A stretch of DNA of 64,000 bases from assembly GCA_963677495.2 (NCBI GenBank), contig CAXXOU010000004.1:1312001-1376000 (forward strand). The letters run 5' to 3'. The stretch's first letter is position 1. Every line of letters begins with the position of its first letter. Of this stretch, positions 49,162 to 59,360 are shown in pieces. A program made the position numbers and the translations under genes. The notes under the pieces are model-generated. The model worked only from the letters and a program-made list of their open reading frames with translations, was not told the origin of the DNA and searched no databases. The DNA is from Candidatus Cloacimonadales bacterium (lineage in GTDB: Bacteria > Cloacimonadota > Cloacimonadia > Cloacimonadales > JAFGVF01).

Positions 49162-49163
49162 AT

Positions 49164-49565
49164 ATGGAAAAATCGCTTTTATTAATCAAACCGGATGCAA
49201 CTAAGGCTCGTAAAATCGGAGAGATTATCTCAATCCTGGAAGGAAAGAAATACAAAATTGAAGAGTTGGTCATGTTTAAATTTACTAAAGAACTCGCAGA
49301 ACAGTTCTATGCTGTTCATAGAGAAAAAGAGTTCTTTAAAGATTTACTAGGATTCATGTGCTCAGGAAAAACTGTCGCTATTACAGTGTCCGGACGCAAT
49401 GTTATATCAAGACTTAGGCATTTAATCGGACCAACTGACCCTGAAGAATGTGGACCGGAATCTATTCGAGGACGTTTTGCAACTTCAATTAGACGAAATG
49501 CAGTTCATGCATCAGATTCTGAAGAAAGTTTCAAGGCAGAACATAGTGCTATTTTTGGCTGTTAA
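49164..49565 (+). CDS. ndk: Nucleoside diphosphate kinase
   Basis: LIKPD, FYAVH, IGPTDP, SIRG, NAVHASDS (catalytic His). Confidence 0.95.
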   Translation: MEKSLLLIKPDATKARKIGEIISILEGKKYKIEELVMFKFTKELAEQFYAVHREKEFFKDLLGFMCSGKTVAITVSGRNVISRLRHLIGPTDPEECGPESIRGRFATSIRRNAVHASDSEESFKAEHSAIFGC

Positions 49566-49581
49566 AATATAACTTTTATAC

Positions 49582-49610
49582 GGCCTATCCTTTTTGATAG
49601 GCCTTTTTTT
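49582..49610 (+). terminator. Rho-independent terminator
   Basis: GGCCTATC...GATAGGCC stem plus T-tract. Confidence 0.8.
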
Positions 49611-49616
49611 ATTCCT

Positions 49617-49757
49617 ACTGCTTTCCATTTAACAAAACGCAATCATCCCACTGTTTTCCCACTGTGCACGCACTGTGCACCCAGTGAAACAGTGGGTTGA
49701 CAGTGCCTTCACAGTGGGATCACAGTGCGTGCACAGTGCGTTGGTAATTTGAGCAGT
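49617..49757. repeat. Element of 11-bp-phased CACTG units followed by inverted CAGTG units
   Basis: CACTG x3 then CAGTG x6 between 49649 and 49738; ACTGCT/AGCAGT outer inverted pair. Confidence 0.75.
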
Positions 49758-50194
49758 GAAAGTGCCTAAAAAGGGCAATAAATATAGCTAAGCTATTGCA
49801 AATTGCACTGTGTGTGTTAATCTAAAGCTGTCGCAAAAGCGACCAAAGGGAGATGGGCGAATAGCGCGAAATGGTAAAGATACAACGCTATGAGTCCAAC
49901 TCGTTTACTCGCTATGACTCCGATGTTGTAAGTCATTGCAAATGGCACTGAGTATGTCACCCTGAGCAAAGTCAAAACCGTCTTTCAACTGGAGTATGAC
50001 TGACAATTGACTTTCCTACTATCTCTCATAGGGCATCTTTGTAGCAGGCTTAGTCTATATGCATTTTTAGAAGTCCGTTTCCCCAACGCAAGATTCCCAT
50101 AAGACAAACTCCCAGAAATGCAGTAATCGTTATCAAACAAGCTAAGAAAAATAATGATTGACAACAACAATGATTAGTTCAGTATTTATTAAAC

Positions 50195-50770
50195 ATGAAA
50201 ACGGAGGTTGTTATGTTAGAAGAACAAGAATTTGAGCATGTTGATGCTGAAGAGATAGATAAAGATGATATAAAAGATATCGAGGATAAGATCGTCTTTA
50301 CGGATGAAAAGAAACTCTTTCAATTCTATGAGAAGCTACGTTGCCATTGTACTCAGTCTGCCGGAAAAAAGACCGGGAAAATTGGCAAAGAAGTAACAGA
50401 ACTACTTCTATTCTTACCCGATTTCTTTATGCTGACTGTTAGACTTTTTATAGATAAGAGAACCCCACGAAGAGTGAAAGTAATTTTAGGTGGAGTTATA
50501 GCTTATCTTCTGATGCCTTGGGATATTATACCTGATTTCATCCCTATCATCGGTTATGTTGATGACCTTGTTTTGGTTGTGATTGCACTAAACAGTATGT
50601 TAAATGAAATTGAACCTGAAGTTGTACTTGATAACTGGAGTGGTAAAGAAAAACCGTTGACCATTATTCAACAGGTTATAGCTGTGACTGAGAAGTTTCT
50701 ATCTAAAAACATCCTTGTGAAGATAAAGAAGATAGTAACAACACTATTATCGGAGAATGAAAAGAGATGA
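50195..50770 (+). CDS. YkvA/DUF1232 family membrane protein
   Basis: AYLLMPWDIIPDFIPIIGYVDDL motif; true start may be ATG 50213. Confidence 0.88.
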   Translation: MKTEVVMLEEQEFEHVDAEEIDKDDIKDIEDKIVFTDEKKLFQFYEKLRCHCTQSAGKKTGKIGKEVTELLLFLPDFFMLTVRLFIDKRTPRRVKVILGGVIAYLLMPWDIIPDFIPIIGYVDDLVLVVIALNSMLNEIEPEVVLDNWSGKEKPLTIIQQVIAVTEKFLSKNILVKIKKIVTTLLSENEKR

Positions 50771-51363
50771 AGTTAATGATTGGTTCAAAGAACCCTGACA
50801 AGATAAAAGAGATTAAGGAAATTTTAGCAAAACTAAACCTTGATATTGAATTGTATTCTATGGCTGATTTTGATAATCTACCGGATGTTGTTGAGGACTG
50901 TGATTCAATAGAGGGAAATGCAATTAAGAAAGCAACTGAGCTTGCCGATTTCACTAAAATGCCAACTCTGGCAGATGATACTGGCTTTTTCATTGATGCA
51001 CTGGATGGAGCACCGGGTGTTTACGCTGCACGTTTTGCAGGGGAAAACTGTAGCTATAGAGACAACAGAAACAAAGCACTAAAACTGATGGCTGACAAAA
51101 GCGATAGAACAGCAAGTTTTAGGACAGTAGTTGCACTTGCTGAGCCTGGAAGGCTTGTTGGTACAGCTAAGGGTGAAGTTTTAGGAGATCTTACTCACAA
51201 TGAACACGGAACGAGCGGATTTGGTTATGATTCAATATTCAGACTCCGTGAAACAGGTAAAACATTTGGTGAAATGCTTCCGCAAGAGAAGCATGGTATC
51301 AGTCATAGAGGTAGAGCATTGAAGGCTGTATTACCCATTATAAAAGAGTATTTTAAAGTATAG
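50767..51363 (+). CDS. rdgB: Non-canonical purine NTP pyrophosphatase (HAM1/RdgB)
   Basis: N..K..E, NA..KA, ADDTG, GAPGVYAARF, GFGYD, SHRGRA motifs. Confidence 0.93.
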   Translation: MKLMIGSKNPDKIKEIKEILAKLNLDIELYSMADFDNLPDVVEDCDSIEGNAIKKATELADFTKMPTLADDTGFFIDALDGAPGVYAARFAGENCSYRDNRNKALKLMADKSDRTASFRTVVALAEPGRLVGTAKGEVLGDLTHNEHGTSGFGYDSIFRLRETGKTFGEMLPQEKHGISHRGRALKAVLPIIKEYFKV

Positions 51364-51372
51364 GAGGATAGA

Positions 51373-51816
51373 TTGAAGAAAGCATTATTAGGATTATTGA
51401 TTTTAGCTTTATTGCTTTTCGTTGGCTGTAAGAAGGTAGATAGATTCCCGCAATTAGAGCAAAATGACCAAAAAGATGAGATAGTAGATACCGATAATAC
51501 AGACGATGAAGAAGAGATTTACATTTCTGATTCTGAGAAAGTTGAAGCTATGTTCGGTGAAGCACCTGAAGACGGTCCAACGCAGAATGTAGAAGAAGTT
51601 GGGACACTTAATGAACCTGAAAGCATTCCTGAAGGTGCCATCGTAGAGCAAATTGAAGAAGAGGAAACAGAAGAACTTGAAGTAATCAAGAAAGTAGAAA
51701 AAGAAGATTACGGCATCTATAAAAAGGTTGAGAAAGATAGTTTAGCTGATTTCAAGAAGAATGAAACAGATGAATATGAGAAATTTAAGAAAACTAAAAA
51801 GCTATTCGGCAATTAG
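51373..51816 (+). CDS. Acidic hypothetical lipoprotein
   Basis: TTG start with AGGAGG; lipobox FVGC; Glu/Asp-rich. Confidence 0.75.
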   Translation: MKKALLGLLILALLLFVGCKKVDRFPQLEQNDQKDEIVDTDNTDDEEEIYISDSEKVEAMFGEAPEDGPTQNVEEVGTLNEPESIPEGAIVEQIEEEETEELEVIKKVEKEDYGIYKKVEKDSLADFKKNETDEYEKFKKTKKLFGN

Positions 51817-51828
51817 AAGGAGTTTGTA

Positions 51829-53184
51829 ATGGTTAATCCCCAAATATTCAGACAATATGATATCCGTGGTATAGTTGGTACTGACCTTACTGATGATTCA
51901 GTTTATCTTATCGGTAAAGGATTTGGTACATGGTTAAGAAGAAGAGATCTTAAGTGTGTTACACTTGGTGGTGATGCAAGACTCAGTACTCCTTCCTTCA
52001 AGAAACAGTTTGCTAAAGGACTTATGGAAACAGGCTGTGATGTGATTGATATTGGTATTGTAGCTACCCCAATTATGTATTTCTCAATCTGGAGTATTGA
52101 TGCTGATGCAGGTGCTATGATAACTGCAAGTCATAACCCTTCTGAGTACAATGGCATAAAACTTAATAATGGTTTAGCAAGTGTTTACGGTGGTGAAATT
52201 AAAGAAATACTTCAATTCATATTAGATAAAGACTTCGAAACAGGAGAAGGTAGCTTTATAGAAGACACCTCTATTGAGAAGAAATACTTCGATTATGTAT
52301 TAGATAATATCAAACTCGAAAGACCACTTAAAGTTGTTGTTGACGGTGGTAACGGAATGGGCGGCCCATATCTCCCCTATCTTCTTAAAGAGATGGGTTG
52401 TGATGTAACAGAAATATTCTGTGATCCTGACGGCACTTTCCCTAATCATCATCCGGATCCTACAGTTCTTAAGAACAATCAACATCTTATTGCTAAAGTT
52501 AAAGAAGTGGGAGCTGATGCCGGTATCGGCCTTGATGGTGATGCTGATAGAATCGGTGTTATTGATGAAAAAGGTAACATGCTTTATGGTGACCAGATTC
52601 TCAATATCCTAGCCAGAGACTTCCTGAAAGATAATCCCGGAGAACCTGTACTCGCTGACGTTAAGTGTTCAAAGAACCTATTCGACGATATTGCAAAATA
52701 CAATGGTAAACCTATCATGTATAAAACGGGTCATGCTAATATTAAGAACGAGATGAGAAGCAAAGGTATCAAAGTAGGTGGAGAGATGTCAGGTCATATT
52801 TTCCTTAAAGACAGATTCCTTGGTTTCGACGATGCTATCTATGTTAGCTGTCGTTTTGTAGAGATTATGTCTCGCACAAAAGAACCTGTAAGCAGCTTCT
52901 TAGCAGACCAGCCTAAGATGTATAATACACCTGAATTACACATCAAAGTACCTGAAACTGATAAGTTCAATATCGTTGCAAAGATTGTACAGAACTTCAA
53001 AGATGAAGGCTACAATGTTAATGACATTGATGGTGTAAGAGTTACTTTTGAAGATGGTTGGGGTTTATGTAGAGCTTCAAACACAACACCTGTACTTGTG
53101 CTCAGATTTGAAGCCACAACAGAAGCAAGAATGAAAGAGATAGAAGCATTGTTCAATAAAAAGCTGGACGCTATTCTCAAGTAA
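51829..53184 (+). CDS. Phosphomannomutase/phosphoglucomutase (AlgC-like)
   Basis: FRQYDIRG, TASHNP, DGDADR, GEMSGH, RASNT motifs. Confidence 0.93.
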   Translation: MVNPQIFRQYDIRGIVGTDLTDDSVYLIGKGFGTWLRRRDLKCVTLGGDARLSTPSFKKQFAKGLMETGCDVIDIGIVATPIMYFSIWSIDADAGAMITASHNPSEYNGIKLNNGLASVYGGEIKEILQFILDKDFETGEGSFIEDTSIEKKYFDYVLDNIKLERPLKVVVDGGNGMGGPYLPYLLKEMGCDVTEIFCDPDGTFPNHHPDPTVLKNNQHLIAKVKEVGADAGIGLDGDADRIGVIDEKGNMLYGDQILNILARDFLKDNPGEPVLADVKCSKNLFDDIAKYNGKPIMYKTGHANIKNEMRSKGIKVGGEMSGHIFLKDRFLGFDDAIYVSCRFVEIMSRTKEPVSSFLADQPKMYNTPELHIKVPETDKFNIVAKIVQNFKDEGYNVNDIDGVRVTFEDGWGLCRASNTTPVLVLRFEATTEARMKEIEALFNKKLDAILK

Positions 53185-53205
53185 ATAGACTTAGTTTTAA
53201 CTTAT

Positions 53206-53237
53206 ATGCAGGAAAGTGATTATTTGCTTTCCTGCAT
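53206..53237 (+). terminator. Hairpin / probable terminator after PMM/PGM
   Basis: ATGCAGGAAAG...CTTTCCTGCAT stem; weak T-tract. Confidence 0.6.
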
Positions 53238-53260
53238 TACTTTAATTAGGTGGTATAAAG

Positions 53261-55132
53261 ATCGGACGCATATTAATTACAGCTGAATATTTATGTAAAG
53301 CTTTCGGAGAAAAGACAATATTAGAAGATTGCTCCTTCGGTATTCACGAAGGCAGCAAGATTGGTATTATCGGTGCTAATGGTGCCGGGAAAAGTACTCT
53401 CATGAAGCTGATAGCAGAGGTTATCCCTCTTGATGATGGCAAGCTCACATACAGAAATCAAATACGAGTTGCCTATCTCCCCCAAAATCCTGAATTTGAT
53501 GAGAAGAACAGCATTATAGAGCAAGTCTATGAGTCAGATCACCCCCATTTCGATATAATCAGACAATACCACCACGTAAGACTGCAACTTGAAGCTTGTC
53601 CTACTGATGAGTTAACCAGTCAACTAACTGAGCTTAGTGAATTTATGGAAGTTAACAAGATTTGGGATATTGAATCTGAAGCTCGTTCCCTACTTTCGCA
53701 GTTTGGTTTGAAAGATTTCGATAAATCTGTTTCGCTACTTTCAGGTGGTCAAGGCAGAAAGCTTGATATTGTGCGTACTATCCTTGGTAAACCTGATGTA
53801 TTGCTTCTGGATGAGCCCACCAACCACCTTGATATCGACACTATTGAATGGCTACAAAACTATCTGGTAGAGTACAATGGAACAATTATGTTTGTTACAC
53901 ATGACAGGTACTTCCTTGATTCAATCTGTAATATGATTGCTGAGGTAGAACGTGGTCAAGTCCATTGGTTTCAAGGCAACTACTCCTATTATGTTGAGAA
54001 GAAACAGAACCAGATTATCGACATGAACCGTAAGGAAACACGTCGCAAAGCCCAACTTCAGAAGGAGTTGAAATGGTTACAGCGTGGAGCTCAAGCTCGT
54101 ACTTCAAAGCCTAAAAACCACATTGATAGAGTTAAAGAGCTTTTAGACAAATCATACCTTGTCGAGAATAAAGAGCTTGAAATCTCTTTTACAAGTCATC
54201 GTCTTGGTAAAACTATTCTTGAAATAGGTCATCTAAATAAAGCTTATGGAGATGAAGTTCTTTTAGATGATTTCTCTCACATGTTCCAGAAGAATGAGAG
54301 AATTGGTATTCTCGGACCTAACGGTTGTGGTAAAACTACCCTTCTGAAGCTCATAACAGGGGAAATAGAGCCCGATTCAGGAAAAATTAAGGTAGGAGTC
54401 AACACACATTTTGCTTATTTCTCACAAGCCTTAGAGGAGCTCCCACCGGAAAAGAGAGTTTTAGAGTATATTACTGACTTCGCTGAAAACATTCGTACAA
54501 AAGATGGCGTATTGCATTCAGCAACAGAGATGTTAGATCGTTTCCTCTTTGATGGTAAACACCAGCAAAGCAAGATTAAGAGCCTTTCCGGTGGTGAAAA
54601 GAAGCGTCTATATCTTCTTAAATCTCTCATGTTCGGTTCTAACTTCATTATCCTTGATGAGCCAACAAATGACCTTGATTTGAAAACATTAGAGATACTG
54701 GAAGACTATCTTGATGCTTTCAAAGGTTGCGTACTGGTAGTATCACATGACAGATACTTCCTAGATAGAGTCGTGGATGAACTCTTTATCTTTGAACCGG
54801 GTAAGGTTCGTAAGTTTGCAGGAAACTATTCAGATTACCTTCTCGTAAAGCGTTTCCACAAAAGCGAAAAGCTTGAGAAGAAGAAAGCAGAACCGATTAA
54901 AGAGAATAAACCATCTAGTAAACTATCATACAAATTTGTCAGAGAGCTTGAATCTATTCAAATAAGAATTGAAGAGATAGAAACACGACAAACAGAGCTA
55001 TCTGATACTATAAATACTAAAGCTGCTGAACTCACAGCAGATCAGTTCACAGAGATAGATGAAGAGAACAAAGCTCTTGAATCAGAGATGGATGATCTAC
55101 TCATGAGGTGGGAAGAGATAGAATCAATGTAA
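53261..55132 (+). CDS. ABC-F family ATPase (Uup-like); N-terminus extends 47 codons upstream of the track's ATG
   Basis: First Walker A GANGAGKST lies upstream of 53402 in frame; LSGGQ, LLDEPTNHLD, GPNGCGKT, LSGGE motifs; coiled-coil tail; no TM helices. Confidence 0.88.
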   Translation: MGRILITAEYLCKAFGEKTILEDCSFGIHEGSKIGIIGANGAGKSTLMKLIAEVIPLDDGKLTYRNQIRVAYLPQNPEFDEKNSIIEQVYESDHPHFDIIRQYHHVRLQLEACPTDELTSQLTELSEFMEVNKIWDIESEARSLLSQFGLKDFDKSVSLLSGGQGRKLDIVRTILGKPDVLLLDEPTNHLDIDTIEWLQNYLVEYNGTIMFVTHDRYFLDSICNMIAEVERGQVHWFQGNYSYYVEKKQNQIIDMNRKETRRKAQLQKELKWLQRGAQARTSKPKNHIDRVKELLDKSYLVENKELEISFTSHRLGKTILEIGHLNKAYGDEVLLDDFSHMFQKNERIGILGPNGCGKTTLLKLITGEIEPDSGKIKVGVNTHFAYFSQALEELPPEKRVLEYITDFAENIRTKDGVLHSATEMLDRFLFDGKHQQSKIKSLSGGEKKRLYLLKSLMFGSNFIILDEPTNDLDLKTLEILEDYLDAFKGCVLVVSHDRYFLDRVVDELFIFEPGKVRKFAGNYSDYLLVKRFHKSEKLEKKKAEPIKENKPSSKLSYKFVRELESIQIRIEEIETRQTELSDTINTKAAELTADQFTEIDEENKALESEMDDLLMRWEEIESM

Positions 55133-55169
55133 ACTCTTTCTAATCAGTAGTTTGCATCCACTTATCGAG

Positions 55170-55847
55170 CTATTTACTGAGTCGTTTCTTTTTCTTCCTC
55201 GCTACCCTCTGTGCAGCCATCCTATAGATTCTTTGGTAAGCAACATTATCAGGACTTGCCTTAAGAGCTATCTCAAGGTATGGTAATGCTTTTTCGTAGT
55301 CATGGGAGTCCATGATTATTGAAGTACCCATAAGGTAATTTATTGTAGCATTCTCTCGGTCTAAACCAACAGCTTCTTCTAAGCTGGTAATAGCATCACC
55401 AAACTCTTTATTATCATACTTGAGTAGAGCGTGTTTAAGTAACTTCTGGACTCTTATATGAAGGTTCCTCTTCTCAGAATCCATCATTGTAGCCAAATAC
55501 TTCTTATAGTTGATATTGGTAGGATGCTCCTTAACAAGGGTTTTCATAATACTAACTGCTTCTTGCCAATCTTCAGTATGAAGCTTACATTCAGCCATAG
55601 ACACTTTAGCAATCTCATTATTGGGATACACTTCCAGAACCTTAGTTAAGTAAGACTCTGCTTCCCCGTATTTAGCACAGGAAAGCAAAGTCAATGCATA
55701 GTTATATTGGTTTTCGGGACTGTTATCAATTAAAAGAAGCTTCTCAAAGGTTTTAGAAGCCTTTTCGATTCTTCCACGCGTCATTAAATTCTGTCCCTTT
55801 ATTCTGAGACGTTTCTTTCTGAAATCTTTCAACATCTCCATTACCAT
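55170..55847 (-). CDS. TPR protein
   Basis: Helical repeats (YNYALTL..A...L, NYLMG...AL.YLE.AL); basic tail; follows the ABC genes with a 1-bp overlap. Confidence 0.8.
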   Translation of the reverse strand: MVMEMLKDFRKKRLRIKGQNLMTRGRIEKASKTFEKLLLIDNSPENQYNYALTLLSCAKYGEAESYLTKVLEVYPNNEIAKVSMAECKLHTEDWQEAVSIMKTLVKEHPTNINYKKYLATMMDSEKRNLHIRVQKLLKHALLKYDNKEFGDAITSLEEAVGLDRENATINYLMGTSIIMDSHDYEKALPYLEIALKASPDNVAYQRIYRMAAQRVARKKKKRLSK

Positions 55848-57610
55848 TATTTCTTCTCCGTTTTCTTCAGCATTATCTGGTTGTATAAGTCGCTGTTTTG
55901 TAACAACTCCTGATTAGAACCTTCTGCTTTGATAGTTCCTTCGTCAAGAACAATTATTCTATCAGCATGTTTTGCAGTTGCTAAACGGTGAGTAACTACA
56001 ATACTTGTCAGGCTCTCATTCATATCTCTAAGTTTCATCCAGAATCTGTTCTCTGTCTCTGCATCCATAGCTGCAGTACAGTCATCCATAAGAATAACCT
56101 GTGGCTTACGAATCAATGTTCTCGCAATTGATAACCTCTGCTTCTGACCACCCGATAGGCTGATACCTTTCTGTCCCAACTTAGTATTCATCTTCAATGG
56201 GAAAGCGTTCACTTCATCTGTCATTAATGATATATCAAGACTATTCATTATCTCCTGCTCATTAAACTCGTTACCAAGCATTAGATTGTGATGTATAGTC
56301 TCACTGAAGAGAATATTCTCCTGTCTGATATATCCAAACACTTCTCCAATATCTTTACTATTGAATTCATGGATATTCTTACCATTCACATTGATAACAC
56401 CATGCGTTGCTTCCAAGTTCCCTGCTATCAGCTCAAGAAGAGTAGTTTTACCACTACCTACCTTACCGACAACAGCTATTGTCTCTCCCCTCTTCACGTG
56501 GAGATTTATATCTTTCAATACAGGCTCTTCCGCATCAAAGAATTGGAAGCTCAAGTCTTTCAACTCTATTGTATCAGCAGAACTGAGGTTCTTATCACCT
56601 GTTTCATGATGTCCCACAGGGAAGCTATCAGCAGTTTCATCCAATCTATCAACATATTTAAACACCTGCTTAGAAGATGCATAGAACCAGGATAATGTCC
56701 AGATAGGTTCAATCAGTCTACGCATATATGTGATAAATAGTAGGAATGTACCCAATGTTATTGATCCCTTAATTACGAGGATACTTCCTAAGAATATCAC
56801 AACTATGCTTCCGGCATGATTCACCAGCATGGAATAGAAATGGATAACCTGATTCATCTTAAGGAAATTCTTTTCCTTAGTGATTCTTTCATCCAGAGCT
56901 TCATTATATTTCTTCAACTGGTCATCTTCACTGATAGTTGTCTTAATCACTCTTATTCCTGAGAAACAAGCTTCCAAAATATTATTACATGTTGAAATGG
57001 ATTTCTGTCTTTCAAGCGTGTACCTTGTCATTTTATCTTCAGCTTTTGCCAGTATCAACACAAGAAACGGCAAGAGCACGAAGGATGACAATGTTAGTAC
57101 AATCGAGTAGCTGAACATCACCCCAAGTGTCATACCAAGAATCAGAATTGCTTCCAATGGACGCATTAATCCTGAGCATGAGTACCAACAAAGTCTATCC
57201 CAGTCACCATCTATATCTGCTGTTAAACGTGTAAGAAGGTCACCTGTTCGGAACTTCTTAAAGAATGCACTAACCTTATTCGTATAGAGGTGATAATACT
57301 TATTCCTTAAGTTACGAGCAAAAAGGTTATTCATTAAACCTCTGGAATAAGGTAAAGCATGCATCACAAACTCATGTATCACTGTAAAGATAAGGTAAAT
57401 CCCTATCATGTGATACACATTCGCAGGAACATAATCTCCTGTGAGCTCATCAATTATGTTCTTCAATAAGACCGGATAAGCAGTCTTAATTCCAATCGTT
57501 ATTATAGTAAAGAGCACGACACCAGTAATCTGCAATGGATATTCTCTCCAAAGCTTGAAGAACCATTTGAAATAGTATACCGTCCTTTGGTTCTGTTTAG
57601 AGTTCATCAT
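55847..57610 (-). CDS. ABC exporter half-transporter (TMD+NBD)
   Basis: RTGDLLTR, GKVGSGKT, LSGGQKQR, MDDCT (degenerate Walker B), THRL; start near 57610/57607. Confidence 0.92.
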   Translation of the reverse strand: MMNSKQNQRTVYYFKWFFKLWREYPLQITGVVLFTIITIGIKTAYPVLLKNIIDELTGDYVPANVYHMIGIYLIFTVIHEFVMHALPYSRGLMNNLFARNLRNKYYHLYTNKVSAFFKKFRTGDLLTRLTADIDGDWDRLCWYSCSGLMRPLEAILILGMTLGVMFSYSIVLTLSSFVLLPFLVLILAKAEDKMTRYTLERQKSISTCNNILEACFSGIRVIKTTISEDDQLKKYNEALDERITKEKNFLKMNQVIHFYSMLVNHAGSIVVIFLGSILVIKGSITLGTFLLFITYMRRLIEPIWTLSWFYASSKQVFKYVDRLDETADSFPVGHHETGDKNLSSADTIELKDLSFQFFDAEEPVLKDINLHVKRGETIAVVGKVGSGKTTLLELIAGNLEATHGVINVNGKNIHEFNSKDIGEVFGYIRQENILFSETIHHNLMLGNEFNEQEIMNSLDISLMTDEVNAFPLKMNTKLGQKGISLSGGQKQRLSIARTLIRKPQVILMDDCTAAMDAETENRFWMKLRDMNESLTSIVVTHRLATAKHADRIIVLDEGTIKAEGSNQELLQNSDLYNQIMLKKTEKK

Positions 57611-59360
57611 GTGCTCCCATTTGGGTTCTATATAGTTTTGCGTATTCACCATCAAGGTTGAGTAGCTCAATATGAGTTCCCTCTTCTACTACTCTACCTT
57701 CTTTGATTAATACGATCTTGTCTGCATGGACAATTGTAGATAATCGATGTGCAATAATAATCGATGTTCTACCTTTAAGTAGTTTCTCCATACTTAATCT
57801 TATTTTCTCTTCTGTATATGGATCTACTGAACTTGTAGCTTCATCCATGATAAGTATCTCAGGGTCAAAAGTAAGTGCTCTCGAGAAGGATAACAACTGT
57901 CTTTCCCCGAAGCTAAGGTTTCCACCCTCTTCAGCTACCGGTGTATCAAATCCTTCCGGCATCTTGTTTATTATATTATCAATCCCCATCAACTCAGTTG
58001 CATGGTGTGCATTCTCTTGCGGTATATCTGATCTTAACACTCTCAGGTTATCGAGTACAGAACCGGGGAACAGATAGATATCCTGCAACACAAGACTCAT
58101 TAGTGACCTTAACCTCTTACGTGATACGGAGCGTAGGTCGTGACCATCAATAGTAATCTTACCTTTCTGTGGGTCATAGAACCTTGCGAGAAGCGATATC
58201 GTTGTAGTCTTACCTGAACCGGTAGGTCCTACAATCGCTAAGGTCTTTCCCTTCTTAATGGAGATGTTAACATCCTTAAGCACAGGCTTCTCCGGATCAT
58301 AAGCAAAGCTTACATTCTCAAACTTAATCTCATCTTCGAATGTGAACTCACTATCCTCATTTCCATCTAAAAGCTCAGATTCAGTATCTAAAATCTCAAA
58401 GATTCGATCAGTAGCACTAAGCGCTCTCTGTACCTGACCAATCTGTTCAGAGATCATTATCAAAGGCTCAATAGCCATCATTAGATAAGTAACAAACATC
58501 CAGACTGTACCGATAGTAATGGAATCGGCTTGAATCCATGTTACACTCTTATAAAGCAACAATATTATAACCATTTGAGGTAAAAGCATTACAAAGAACC
58601 AGAGTCCCTGATCCAAAGCTTCAAGCTTAACCAGCATCTTAAAGAAGTCATGATTAACTGCTCTGTTCTTTGCTCGTGACCAATCAAGATTATTCAGATT
58701 TCTTAACACTGGTATGCTCTTCAGGTGCTCTCCAAGAAAACCTGAAATCTGCGCATACTTCTCTCTCTCCTGCCTATATAGAGGACGCATAACTTTATAA
58801 AAAAAGACAGCAACTCCTGCATAAACAGGGACTAATGCTAACACGACAAGCGTAAGACTCTTGTTAGTCATAAACATGATTGTGAAGGATATAATGATAT
58901 TCAGAATAGCCCATACGAAGTTCAAACCAATTGATGAGAACAGCATATATAGCTTCTGAGAATCACTTTCAACTCTACTGATAAGTTTACCTGGAAGGTG
59001 CTTATCGTAGAAGCTGATTGGTAAATCCAGCAGATGCCTTAGTATCTTCTGCTTCAAATCATTCACAATTTCAATTCCCATATAGCCGACTATGAGAGAC
59101 TGGATGTACTGGAATCCGCCCTGTAAAACCAGGAGACCAAGATAGACCACACCGATTGCTATAATCTGTGTCATCACCTTAGATGGAATAGCTGTATCCA
59201 AAAGGTGACGGAACACTAATGGCAGTGCACTGGTTAGACCGGTGGTTAGCACTACCAGTATAACTGCAAGTGATAACTGTTTGCCATGTCCTTTGAAGAA
59301 GGGTACTACCCGTTTCAAGGAAGACAATTTAGGCTTATTCACACTACTTTTTTCTTTCAT
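57597..59360 (-). CDS. ABC exporter half-transporter (TMD+NBD), heterodimer partner
   Basis: GKLISR, GPTGSGKT, LSFGERQ, MDEATS, AHRLST; start at ATG 59360. Confidence 0.92.
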   Translation of the reverse strand: MKEKSSVNKPKLSSLKRVVPFFKGHGKQLSLAVILVVLTTGLTSALPLVFRHLLDTAIPSKVMTQIIAIGVVYLGLLVLQGGFQYIQSLIVGYMGIEIVNDLKQKILRHLLDLPISFYDKHLPGKLISRVESDSQKLYMLFSSIGLNFVWAILNIIISFTIMFMTNKSLTLVVLALVPVYAGVAVFFYKVMRPLYRQEREKYAQISGFLGEHLKSIPVLRNLNNLDWSRAKNRAVNHDFFKMLVKLEALDQGLWFFVMLLPQMVIILLLYKSVTWIQADSITIGTVWMFVTYLMMAIEPLIMISEQIGQVQRALSATDRIFEILDTESELLDGNEDSEFTFEDEIKFENVSFAYDPEKPVLKDVNISIKKGKTLAIVGPTGSGKTTTISLLARFYDPQKGKITIDGHDLRSVSRKRLRSLMSLVLQDIYLFPGSVLDNLRVLRSDIPQENAHHATELMGIDNIINKMPEGFDTPVAEEGGNLSFGERQLLSFSRALTFDPEILIMDEATSSVDPYTEEKIRLSMEKLLKGRTSIIIAHRLSTIVHADKIVLIKEGRVVEEGTHIELLNLDGEYAKLYRTQMGAHDEL

